In this document: one piece after another, positions 25,881 to 37,289 of the stretch
Position numbering within the stretch: position 1 is the first letter of the stretch
How the letters are laid out: each line of letters opens with the position of its first letter
NCBI GenBank assembly: GCA_013265495.1
Contig: MU058218.1
Coordinates: forward strand, 56,692-111,276
DNA length: 54,585 bases
Origin: Vicugna vicugna
Taxonomy: Eukaryota
Direction of reading: 5' to 3'
The notes under the pieces: model-generated
Database searches by the model: none
What the model was told of the DNA's origin: nothing
The model's input: the letters and a program-made list of their open reading frames with translations, nothing else
Translations under genes and position numbers: made by a program

Positions 25881-28299
25881 CATAGAGGTAACTAAAGACA
25901 GGTACAGGCCCTGGACTCATCAAATTTGCCTTGCCAGTTTTACACAATTGTCTATCAGATTTCAATTTTAAAAACATAGTATGAATCGAAGTTTTAAAAG
26001 AGAGAGCCTCAAACTCAGGCACGTTGCCATTGTAGAAATGAATAATGTGGTTGGAATTTCTTTGGGTCAGAGTTCGTTCTGAGCCAAAAACAAATGGAAG
26101 GCAAACGTTGCCAAATATTAATTACATTTTGTGGCTACACCAGCTTTTTTGAGTTTTATTTTATTACACTGGAAGTGCTTTAATAATTCTTCACAAGATT
26201 ATGTTTTATGTCTGATAGAGATGAAAGTTAGGAAGGCTTCCTTTTGTACCATGACACCCATACCATCATCTGACCTCCAAAACAAAAGGTTGGACTGAAC
26301 AGAAGTAGAATGATAAGTTTGCTTTTCTTTGCCCCCATTTGCTAATAAGAATTTAGTTAACTATCCCTGGTCCTTCATTTTCTGGACACTGAGAACACAG
26401 AAATAGTGAAATTCCAATGTGTAGCTGTTGAGAGACAGTAACATCATAAAATGAAAATAACCATGTGGTCTTGGCCACTATTACTGGGTTAAAAATAAAA
26501 GGAAAGAAAAAAAATTAACCTGACACACTCTTCATTCACCACTGTGACCCCCCCTCACATCCTTTTGTAGGTAAAGGCTCACATTCAGGATGAGAGTAGT
26601 TGGAAAGGATCACGTGACATCATTCACGTATTTTCTAGTTGCAGGGGAACACAGGCCACATCATTATGGGGAAAATGGATCTCTCCCTTATGTTCATATT
26701 TAAATAAGTTTGTGTTCCTCTTGCGTGGCCAAAAGCACTGCTCTTTTCCAATTCAAATACGGCCAAAGTGATGAGAGTATCTGTGGAATAGAAAAAGGAC
26801 CCCACATGAAACAGAGCAATTAATTCTGGTTTTCTGATGTGGAGCAGAAATGTCCTCCTCAGGGGGCTTCGTGTGTTGGCACCACCCAGCTGTTGGAAGA
26901 ATTTGCTCGATGACAGCAAAAACCGAGGGAGAACAAGTCAAAACAGGTGGTCCTGCGGATCTAGGGTCTGACGACTCACTTCAAAGAGCCTCCTTGGGCT
27001 ACAATCAAAGTCTCCTAAGACCAGTGAGAGCTGACAGTGGTAACAGCATCTTAAAAATGGAGAAAGAGGGAAAGAAGGCATATCAAGGCATCCAAAAACT
27101 TCCGATCAGATTCTGATGAAATATATATAGTGTGTATGTTAACCTGCATTAATAAACATTATACATACCACTACTATTTGAGTATAGCTTTAAAATTACG
27201 AAATACTGTGTGTTCGATCACATGCATAACGTACACACACGCACGCGCGTGCGCACACACACGATCTTTGTTTCTCTTGCCATTGTTTTATTTTCGCTCA
27301 CATCAAACCAGCAGGGTGTGCTCATGACCCAACCCTCTGCCTGTGTCAGCCCACCCCGACCCCTCTGTCCCCCCAGGTAAATAAAAACAGCCTCTGTTTA
27401 AAAGGTAAAATCTTGCAGTCACCTTCATGCCTCGTTAAAACGAAGCGTTAAGAGAGAACCTCACCCGCTTTGATCTCTCTGCTAAAATGTGAATCAGTCC
27501 CTTCCCCAACTCTTTTCTCCCCTTCCCCCGGGGAGAAGTCCCTCAATCGAGATCCCAGTTACCAAAGCCATCTGTCTTGTCCCCTCAGTCTCTCCGGGGG
27601 ACAGCTGGCATTCTTCAGAGTCGGATCCAGGCATCTTTCTGGTGAATAAACACTTGTGTGAAATGGAGAGAAACCGAATTGTGTTAACTGCATCACGTCT
27701 ACAGCTCGTCCCGTGGGACCCAGAGAACAAGGCAGAAGCCATCCGGTCATGGCCATCCAGTCTTCTCTTCCATTGCTTTCAACTTTTGAGAAGACCTCCC
27801 CTCTCTTGCTGCAAAGGGAAAAAAGCACAGTTTTGCAAAATGGGCTCAGATTAGAACTAAGAGATGAAAATTAAGTATGAATACAAGCAGTTCTTTGCAG
27901 GATAAAAATAGCTGATACAATAGCGCACTGGCTCTGCTTTAGACTTTCTCTGTAATTTGTGGAGGTGGAACACAGCAGCTTTCCCTGGCTGTGCATGTGA
28001 ACACTTGGCTGAGGGATGCTAACGAAATGTATTGTGTGAGCTCATCTCCCACCAAACACTGTTGTTTGATGGCTGTGTGGACCACTCTTGTCTAATGGTA
28101 CTCCACAGAGCTGAAAAGGGCCAAGCTCAAACATTTCAAAGCGCACCCAAATTTAGGTTGACCAGTAGTACCTTTCCTCATACTGCTGTTCTGAGTCAAA
28201 GTTCATCATTCTGCATTTAAGGTGGGCAACCTGAGTATTCTAAGTCACCCTAGAGGGTCTCATCTGTGAATCTTTATTTGAAGTATTAATGTGCTTTTT

Positions 28300-28696
28300 C
28301 TAACATTTTTTTATTGAATTATAATCACTTTACAATGCTGTGTCAAATTCCAGTGTTCAGCACAATTTTTCAGTCATTCATGGACATATACACACTCATT
28401 GTCACATTTTCTTCTCTGTGATTTATCATAACATTTTGTGTATATTTCCCTGTGCTATACAGTGCAATCCTGTCCATCTATTCTACAATTTTGAAATCCC
28501 AGTCTATCCCTTCCCACCCTCCATCCCCCAGGCAACCACAAGTCTGTATTCCAAGTGAAGTAAGCCAGAAAGAGAAAGAAAAATACCATATGAGATCGCT
28601 CATATGTGGAATCTAAAAAACAAAAAAAAACCCAAACAAAAAAAACCAAAGCATACATACAGGACAGAAATAGACTCATGGACAGAGAATACAGAC
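28300..28696 (-). mobile_element. Young LINE-1 3' end with 5' inversion (twin priming)
   Basis: 28300-28551 is antisense 3'UTR and 28548-28696 is the upstream segment in sense orientation. TSD TAATGTGCTTTTT at 28287-28299 and 28697-28709. Confidence 0.93.
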
Positions 28697-28703
28697 TAAT
28701 GTG

Positions 28704-29510
28704 CTTTTTTAATTGAGGTAAAACTGGTGTATAACCATATATTAGTTTTAGGTTTACAACATAGTAATTTGGTGTTTGTATACACCATAAAATCACCATC
28801 ACAATGGGTCTAGTTACCACCTATCACCAGATAATTGACCCCCTGCACCACTTTTGACTCCCCCAATCCTCTTCCCCTCTGATAACCACCAATCTGGTCT
28901 CTGTATCTGTGACTGTTTTGTTTTGTTTCTTTGTTTATTTTTTAAGATACTATATGTAAGTGTCTTTCTCTGACTTATTTCACTTAGCATAAGGTCCTCG
29001 GAATCCATCCAGGTTGCTGCAAATGGTAAGCTTTCCTTCTTTTTATGGCTAAATAATATTCCATTGTGTATTCCATCTTCTTTATCCAGTCATCTACCAG
29101 TGGACATTAAGGTTGTTTCCATATCTTGGTAATTGTAAATAATGAACATTGGGTGCATGTATCTTTTTGGACTAATGTTTTTGTATTCTTTGGATAAATA
29201 CCTAGGATTGGAATAGCTGGATCATATACTAGTTTGAACCATTTTTAAGGAACCTCTTTACTGTTTTCCATGGTGGCTGCACTAACTTACTTTCCCACCA
29301 GCAGTGCATGATGGTTCCCTTTTCCCTATACTTGTTTTTTGCAGACTCTTTGATGACGGCCATTCTGATAGGTGTGAGGTGACAACTCACTGTGGTTTTG
29401 ATGTGTGTTTCCCTGATGACTAGTGATGTTGAGCATCTTTTCAGGTGTCTATTGGCCATCTGGATGTCTTCTTTGGACAAATATTTGTTCAGATCCTCTG
29501 GCCATTTTTC
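28704..29510 (-). mobile_element. Older LINE-1 3' end (about 800 bp)
   Basis: Minus ORF 29229-29480 [29 protein letters not shown]...[16 protein letters not shown] is the ORF2 cysteine-rich domain. Its 3'UTR differs from that of the young copies. Confidence 0.93.
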
Positions 29511-29639
29511 ATTAATATGCTTTGTTCATGTAGTAGAATCAGAAGCACATAAACAGAGGCTAAAGTATGAGGCTCCATAATGAATAAGTCCTTTATTTAA
29601 AAATGAATTTACAGAGAAGTGGAAAGTGCACAAGCGACC

Positions 29640-29973
29640 ACCAGGTGCTCCAGGCAAGCATTTCCTCTCACTGCCTTTCCTGCAGTCACTTGGGGCCATA
29701 TGACTGGTTCTGGCCAATGGATTGTTTGCAGAAATGACATGGGTCAGTTCTGGGCTGAGATGGTTTGGAACTGGTGGAACTTTTCATGCCTGTCTTCCAC
29801 TGAGACCAATTTTGAAGACCACACGTTCCAGATGTCATGGATACCAGATGTACCAGGGCCATCGCTCCAACATGTATCAGGCTTTCCTGAGTGAGAACTA
29901 AAGCTTGTATGTGTTAAACTTTGAAATTTTGAGGGGTTCTCTGTATGTGGTACCAACAACCCTAATGAAAATA
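29640..29973 (+). mobile_element. MLT1 (I/J-type) MaLR LTR remnant
   Basis: ggggccatatgactggttctggccaatggattg...gcagaaatgacatgggtcagttctgggctgag...tgtgttaaactttgaaattttgagggg. Confidence 0.75.
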
Positions 29974-30019
29974 TGAGGATGCTGGTTTTCTTGATAAATT
30001 TAAAAAGTTTAACTCAATT

Positions 30020-30900
30020 TTTACTTAATTTTTGAATAAATGATACACTTATAGAGTTCCTAATTTAAAAGTTGAGTGGGGAGGTGGGGGTATAGCTCAG
30101 TGGTAGAGCGAGGGCTTAGCATATGTGAGGTCCTAGGTTCAATCCCCAGTACCTCCATTAAAAAATAGAGAGAGAGAAAGAAAGGAAGCCTTGCTTTTGG
30201 ATGAGAATGATGATGTGCAGGGTCATTTTAAAAAGTTAAAGAAAAGTTCAACGAGATATAGAGTGAAGAACCCCTCTTCCATTTCTGAATCCTGACCACC
30301 CATCTCCTGCCCCCGAATCCCTCCCCAGACACAACCAATAATTAATAATTCCCCATGTACATTTCCAGAGATATTTCCACTACATATAAACAAATTCATT
30401 TGTTAAATTCCCCTTTTGTAAACAAATGGGAGCATATTATAATTAATCTGCTTTGCTTTTAGGAATTTTTTACATATTAGAGACGTTTACATTTTTCCTG
30501 TGATTTGTGTTGCAAATACTTTTTCTTACTTTGACGTCTATCTTTCGACAAATGCTTTCATCGTGGAAAAGCTATTTGGCTTTAGTTCAGTTGATGCATC
30601 AAGGTTGGAAAGATCTCTTTGAGATTGTTTTTTTTTTAACCTCCTGCCTGTTTTCTCCTCTTTTATGATTTCATTTTCCTACATTTAAAGCATTGATATA
30701 CCAAAGGTAAGATTTGAGGTGTGGGTCTAACTTTAATCTTTTCCAGATAGATACCTGGTTGCCTCAATTTTATTAAACACTTTACTCACTGATTTGAAAT
30801 GCAAGCATTATCGTAGCTACTTTTCCAGATGTTGTTGGACCTATTTCTGGACACACGATTTATTCAATTGATCTGTCTCCCTGAGTGTGAGCCAGCAGCA
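30020..30900 (-). mobile_element. Ancient L1ME-type fragment interrupted by a SINE
   Basis: ccctccccagacacaacca...ttccagagatatt and gatttgaaatgcaagcattatcgta...ggacctatttctggac resemble the antisense L1ME 3' end and ORF2. Confidence 0.65.
30076..30241 (+). mobile_element. tRNA-Ala-derived camelid SINE with an atypical 3' extension
   Basis: tRNA-like body 30086-30157 (gggggtatagctcagtggtagagcg...cttagcat...ggttcaatccccagtacctcca). Probable TSD AAAAGTT(G/C)A at 30067-30075 and 30242-30250. Confidence 0.9.
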
Positions 30901-31889
30901 TTTATTCCTCAGCTCATGCCAATATGGCTTCTGTACTTATTACCTCAGTGAAATTCCTCTTATCTGAAGATGCTCAGTCTAGCTGATGGGGAGTCCTGGC
31001 CAAGGATGGCAGATGAGGAAGATGGGGTGAGTCTACAGAGGAAGGAGGCAATGACACAAGGAAGGGGGAAACTCCTAGAGTCTTTGAACTTTCAGTGGAC
31101 TGTAGCCCGAGTTAGTGACTTCCTTCTTTATTACACCTCAAGTGAAGTGTCAAGAGCATTGGACAGGTAAGCACCTTGGTGGGTGCCTACACCTTTTTAC
31201 GCCTTTCTTTTCCTGGCAATCATCTTGAATAATTGGCTGAAAACTCAAATTCTCTTGAGCTAGGAACAGAAAGTTGCTGGTTACTCTTTTTTTTTTTTTT
31301 TACTCCTAGAATCAGTCAATTAAAAAAAATTGATTGAGAAAGATTTCAGACAGATCATAGTCATTATTTTTTTACTTATCCGAAGTTCTTGGAGACTGAC
31401 TGAGCAGGGTAAAAATATAGTCTTACCATTTTTTTCACATCTTTCAATCAGTATCTTTGACATATAAGTATGAGAGTCTTGAGAGTAAAGAATAATTCTC
31501 AATAAGAGCATAAATGAATTAGAAAATATTTTCACAACTTGACCTAAATTTTAAAAAGGAAACTCCTGAGTATATTACTGCTTCTTAATTTTTTGTTAAG
31601 TTGAGACACTTTTCAGGGAATTGTAATGAAAATCTTGATATAATCTTTGAAGTTTTAAAAAAATAGATTTATTCTGAATCAATTCTAGGTACAGATGGTA
31701 ATCTTATTTTTCTTGTGAACAAGCGTCTAATCATCCATCTCTTACTGGAATTTGTCCTTGGATTTTGTTTGTGTGCTTTAATATAACTGGAATATGACAG
31801 AAGATATTATTAATGGACAACAGTTTACAGAATTTCTTTTTCCCTCAACATCCCAAAGAGAATAATATAATTTTGCTCATGTTAAACCA

Positions 31890-32080
31890 CATATCAATCA
31901 CCTGTTGTGTGATCATGGTGTATATCAAACCACCTTGACTCTCAGGAGCTGATATACTAAGAATTTATTTACCCACTAATCTATGATCAGAAATTTCAGC
32001 TGGGTTTGGCGCATCTATTCCTCTACTCTGATGGGTTTACTGGATTCATCCGCAGGTTGAGCAAGGATGACAGTGGTACC
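31890..32080 (-). mobile_element. MLT1-type LTR fragment
   Basis: caaaccaccttgactctcaggagct...atttatttacccactaatctatgatcagaaatttcagctggg is the antisense MaLR 3' end. Confidence 0.55.
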
Positions 32081-32383
32081 CAGTGCTCCGGTGACCATCC
32101 TGCCAGCCCAGTGGTCAGCACCCTCCACAGAGGTCTGGTCCAGCTCTGCAGACGTCGCTTTGGGTTCTCCAGGCACTAACTCAGGTAGGAAACTTTTGTT
32201 TCAGGATTGAACTGATGAGTGACCTAAAGCAGTTTAACTTACCTTAAGGTAAGTTACAGATTAGTTACAGATTTTCTAAGGTCAGGATCACTTCTAATTG
32301 TCCTAATATATACATTTTTTCTATGCAATGCCCTGCTACTGCACATGCAAAAAACGTACTGAAAAATGAAGCAATTTCAAGTA

Positions 32384-32586
32384 TTTTTTATTTAGTTTTT
32401 ATTGAAGTATAGTTGATTTACAATGTTGTGTTAATTTCTGGTGTACAGCATAGTGATTCAGTTATACATATATATATATTCTTTTTCATTATAGATTATT
32501 ACAAGGCATTGAATATACTTCCCTGTGCTATACAGTAGGTTTTTGCTGTTTATCTATTTTATGTGTAGTAGTGTGTATCTGCAAAT
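32384..32586 (-). mobile_element. Short LINE-1 3' end
   Basis: tttattgaagtatagttgatttacaatgttgtgttaatttctggtgtacagcatagtgattcag. Confidence 0.92.
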
Positions 32587-33162
32587 TTAATTTAGAAGCC
32601 ATTTCTTCTGTGTGAATTATTCTAGGTGAGTGATCTAACAGACTTCTTAGAGTCACTAACAGGTGACTAGTAAGAGGAACTTTTTAATAGAAGCAAAATA
32701 TAAAGGTGAAGTAGCAATCAAAGGGGAACAAAAAATGTTGTTTGGAGTGAACAGAGCTTGTCCATGTGAGAGCATGTTAGAAATTAAAGAGAACACTTGT
32801 CATAGAAGATGAATTTTGATGTATATGGAAGTCATTTGCTCCTCAAAATTGCAAATAAGTCTCTTCTGATTCAGGGAGTTTCTAAGAGCTGAATTTTAAC
32901 TTTGTAACTTTTTAATTTGCAGTTCCCTAATCTACTGTGAATCTCATCTTGTTGGTTGTCTTCTGTTTGTATTACCCTCAGAGAGAATGTATTTACGATG
33001 ACCAGGATCTACAGTGATGTATCCAGCTGGTATCAGACCCTCATTAAAGTGGCTACTGCTGAACTGTAGAATTTAAATTAAAACAAGGATTGTCTTCCCA
33101 GTACTTGAGAGTCCCCTTCTTTAGCTACTAACAAATTTCTAGTGCACAATAGAGCTTATGGA

Positions 33163-33277
33163 GGGGGAAGGGTATAGCTCAGTGGTAGAGTGCATGCTTA
33201 GCATGCATGGGTCCTGGGCTCAATCCCCAGTCCCTCCATTAAAATAAATAAACCTAACTACCCCCACCCCCCAAGAA
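33163..33277 (+). mobile_element. tRNA-Ala-derived camelid SINE (vic-1-like) with TSD
   Basis: tRNA-like body plus aaataaataaacctaactacccc tail. TSD AGAGCTTA(T/C)GGA at 33151-33162 and 33278-33289. Confidence 0.95.
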
Positions 33278-33879
33278 AGAGCTTACGGAAGCAGACTAGA
33301 CACAATGCAGATTTGTTGGGCTTTCCACAGTGGCGTGGGGATGTGGAGGAAATGGGTGTGACTTTGCCATTTTTGGGATTTATTAGTAATTCTGTGCTGT
33401 CTATGTGCCTGGAAACTTTAATAGTAGACACATTTTAATAATGAAAGAGCCTGCTCTATACTGGCAGTGCTGTCAAGCTTCCCAGGAGCTCTCTGCTGTG
33501 TTTTCATGAGAGTTGCCATAGAGATTTCATTTAAAAAATCAGGTACAGAAGACACATCTGTTTGCAAACAATTGAAAAATATTTGAAAAAGACCCCCCAA
33601 CACAATAATAAGGAAATAATAATAAGCAAAAGATTTTGAGGACCTCCCTCCCAAAGCCCTTGCTTATTCCATTATTCCTAGTCTCAGAAAAAAAAATTTT
33701 CAAAATTTAAAGTGAATTCTAAATCACACCATTCCATTGTTTGATTAAGAAATTTAAGGACTCAAATGTATTAAGATTCAAACAACACAAAGGCAGAACT
33801 TCTTCTCTACACTTTCTGCTGTGTTACCCACCCAACTCCCAACAGAGGGAAAATTAAAATACTTTCATTTATTAGACAA

Positions 33880-36740
33880 TTTAAAAATTATTTATTTATT
33901 TAGTGGTAAGAACACTTAACCATGAGATGTCTTCTTAACAGATGCCTATGTTTAGAATACAGTATTGTTCATTAGAGGTACAGTGTTGTACAGAAGCTCT
34001 TTAGAATTTATTCATCCTTTATCACTAAAATTGCGTACTGGTTGAACAATAACTGGTTTTTCTATATTGATTTTCTGTCCTGTAGCTTTGCTGAATCAGT
34101 TTATTGGTTCTAACGACTTTCAGAAAATGCAATCTTCAAGGTTTTCTACTAAAAATTCAAGGTTTTAAAATATGCCATCTGCAAAGAGATAATTTTACTT
34201 CTTCCTTTTCAATATGGAAGGTTTTTATTTCTTTTTCTTGCCTAATTGCTCTGTCTAGGACTTCAAATACTGTGTTGAATAGAAGTAGTAAGAGGGGTCA
34301 CTCTTGCCTTATTTCTGATCTTAGAGGAAAAGCTTTCAGCTTTTCACCATTAAGTATGATGCCAGTTGTGGGCTGTTAATAGATGGTCTTTGTTATATTG
34401 AGGTAATTTCCTTCTATTCCTAATTTGCTGAGTGTTTTTATCATGAAAGGGTGTTGAATTTTGTCAAATGTTTTTTCTATTCCATTGAGATAATCATGTG
34501 ATTTTTACTCTTTTTCTGTTAATGTGGTGTGTTGCATTGAGTGGTTTTCATATATTGAACCGTTTTGTTATTCCGACAATAAATCCCACTTGGCCTTGGT
34601 GTCTGATCCTCTTAATGTGCTATTGAATTCAGTTTGCTAGTATTTTGTTGAGGATTTTTGCATCTATATTCATCAGTGATATTTCCCTGTAGGTTTTTTG
34701 ATTTTTTTTTCTCCTTGTAATGTTTTTGCCTGGCTTTGATATCAGGGTAATTCTGACCCTATAATGACCCTATAAGTTTGGAAATGTTCCCTCCTCTTCA
34801 ATTTTCTGGAAGAGTTTTAGAAGGATTGGCATTAAATCTTTAAATGTTTGGTAGAGTTCTCCAGTGACTCAAACTGGTCCTGTGCTTTTTTGTTACTGTT
34901 TTTGGGAGGTTTTTGATCACTAAATCAATCACCATGCTAGTTATAGGTCTGTTCAGACTTTCCATTCCTTCATGTTTCAGTCTTGGTAGATTGCATGTTC
35001 CTAGCAATTTATGCTTCTGCTAGATTATCCAGTTTGTGACGTATGATCCCTTTTATTTCTGTGGTATCAGTTATTGTCTCTTCTTTTATTTCTCATTTTG
35101 TTTAACTCTCCTTTCTTTCTTTCTTGGTCTAACTGAAAGTCTAACAAATTCTGTGATCTTTTCAAAAAAAACCCTCAGTTTTGTTGATTTTTCTATTGTT
35201 TTTCAATTCTTGATTTTATTTATTTCTGTTCTAATCTATTATTTCCTTTATTCTGGTAACTTTTTCCTTGTTCTTCTTTACTTTTTGAGATGTAAAATTA
35301 ACTAAGTCATTCTTTTTTGAGATTATTTTTCTTTTTTAATGTAATTGCTTGTCACTATAAATTTTCCTCTTAGTATTGCTCTGCTGCATCCTATAAATTA
35401 ATTTTGGTATTTTGTTTTCTCTCTCTCTTTTTTTTTGTCTCAATGTATTTTCTAATTTACTGGATAATTTATCCTTTGATCCATTTGTTGTTCAATAGTT
35501 TTGTTGTTTAATTTCCACCATTTGTTAATTCTCCAGTTATCTTTCTTCTGTTTATTTCTAGTTTTATTCCATTTTGGTCAGAAAAGATACCTGGTATGAC
35601 TTGAACATCCTTAATTTTGTTAGGACTTTCTCTGTGACCTGACATGCGATCTGCCCTCTGTGTGTTTGAGAAGAATGTGTTCTGCTGCTGTTGGGAATGT
35701 TCTATATGTATCTACTAAATCAATATGGTCTATCATGTCATTCAGTCCCTGTTCCCTTATTGATCACCTGTCTGGATTTTCTACCCACTATTGAAAGTGA
35801 AGTATTGAAATTTCCTTCTCTTTTTGCTTTATTGTCTATTTCTCCTTTCAGTTATGTCAATGCTTGCTTCATATATTGATACCCTGATATTGGCTAAATA
35901 TATATTTATAAATGATAGCTCTTCCTGATGATTTTACACCTTTATAATTGTACAATGGTCATCTTTATCTCTTCTGACAGTTTTTGGCTTAAAATCTATT
36001 TTGTCTGATATGATATGACCACCTATACTCTTTTTTTGATTACCATGTAGCATTTTCATGGAATGACTTTTTCCAACCTTTAACACTCAGCCTGTGTTTT
36101 CCCTTCAATCTAAAGTATACTTCTTGTAGACAGCATATAATCATATCTAACTGTTGCTTTTTTAAATCCATTCAGCCAATCTATGTCTATGATTGGGGAG
36201 TTTAAACCATTTACACCAAAAATCATTTTTGATACTGAAGGACTTAGAATTGCCATTTTGCCTCCTGAGGGAGAGGCTGCCAAGCTGTGCTGGCTTCCAT
36301 CTGCTAACTGTGGGTCCTCTGGACCAGGAGCATGACACCCAACCCTCCTGTTTACAGCTCCACACATGCATCCAGAGTGTGCTGGTCCCATTAGCACTCC
36401 AAGACAGGGAAGACAGAAGTCAGTCCCTTGGGCAAGTCCCCGAGAATGTGGGACATACATTTCACTTTTCTCTTTCTCTCCCCAGAGAGAAGCTGGGAAC
36501 TAGGAGTCCCTTCCCAAACACAGCACTGAGCTGTGGGGTGGGAACATGGCAAGTGAGTGCCATGAATTTCCCACCAGCTTTGATATGGCTGGTTGGGCAA
36601 CGACCTGGGCTACAGGAGTCTCTTAACTAGTTTCTGGATCCCCACAAACGAAACTGGTCTGTATATTGGTTTTAAGTCAGGTCTCCCTGGGGAAAGGAAG
36701 GTCTAGAACTTCTTATTCTACCATCTCATTGACTTCATCC
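33880..36740 (-). mobile_element. Old L1MA-type LINE-1 with 5'UTR, 5' part of ORF2 and terminal 3'UTR, lacking ORF1
   Basis: 3'UTR end 33880-34054 (L1MA8-10-like), degenerate RT to EN 34055-36256 (start MAILSPS...GVNGLNSPI), and 5'UTR-like 36261-36740 ending tattctaccatctcattgacttca. Confidence 0.88.
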
Positions 36741-36741
36741 C

Positions 36742-37218
36742 GATTTTATCCATTTTTAACCTAAAATGTTAGTGTGCTGTGATTCATGAAGGCTGGCAGA
36801 AGGTGAGAGATTTTTGAAAGCCCCGGTTTTATCACTCACATTGTGGCATGCCGCACAAGCATAAGCATACTCCGTGCCTGCTCCCTGAACTGCGGTTCTT
36901 CAGGATGACTTGAAGAAGGCCCGGCCATGCCTGCACATGCAGTGAGTCGTGTTGCAGAAGAAGATGAAGGGGCTTAGAAACTTGACCTTTTTACACTGGA
37001 TAGTAGACACGCCTGCCTAGTGTTTTAGAAAGAGACAGTCTTCCCGGTGTGTAAGAAAACCTGTCTTTTGTTCTCATGAGAGATACTATCTTTATCTCCC
37101 AGAGATGATCTCTGTACCGACATTCTTCAAAATGTAGTCGAGAGTAAGGAGAGTCAGGGCCTCTGCTCTGAAAAAGTGTAGAAACACAAAACTCACAAAG
37201 ACCTGTTGTCTCCCACTG
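36742..37218 (-). mobile_element. LTR40-like ERVL solo LTR
   Basis: Reverse strand reads gtgggagacaa...gtgtttctacac...gagcagaggccctgact...gagataaagatagtatctc, matching the recalled LTR40 5' half. Confidence 0.75.
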
Positions 37219-37289
37219 GTATTAGCTGAAACAGACCATAGTTTGTACCTGAAAGCAAATCATTGCAAAATTCAAAAGTTTGAATATAT

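Noticed and set aside
26607..26620. TCACGTGAC E-box and other scattered CACGTG sites
   Set aside because: Isolated short motifs without clustering are not evidence of function.
26520..26790. Minus-strand acceptor tttttctattccacag as a coding exon
   Set aside because: All three frames stop before a convincing donor and there is no recognisable protein similarity.
27231..27262. Alternating purine-pyrimidine tract with the palindrome CGCACGCGCGTGCG
   Set aside because: An ordinary degenerate CA/CG microsatellite, in which palindromy is expected.
30086..30157. Functional tRNA-Ala(AGC) gene
   Set aside because: The anticodon stem does not pair (agggc/atgtg), and an A-rich tail and TSD mark it as a SINE. 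The copies at 17268, 20661, 33163 and 47302 likewise have SINE tails and damaged stems or boxes.
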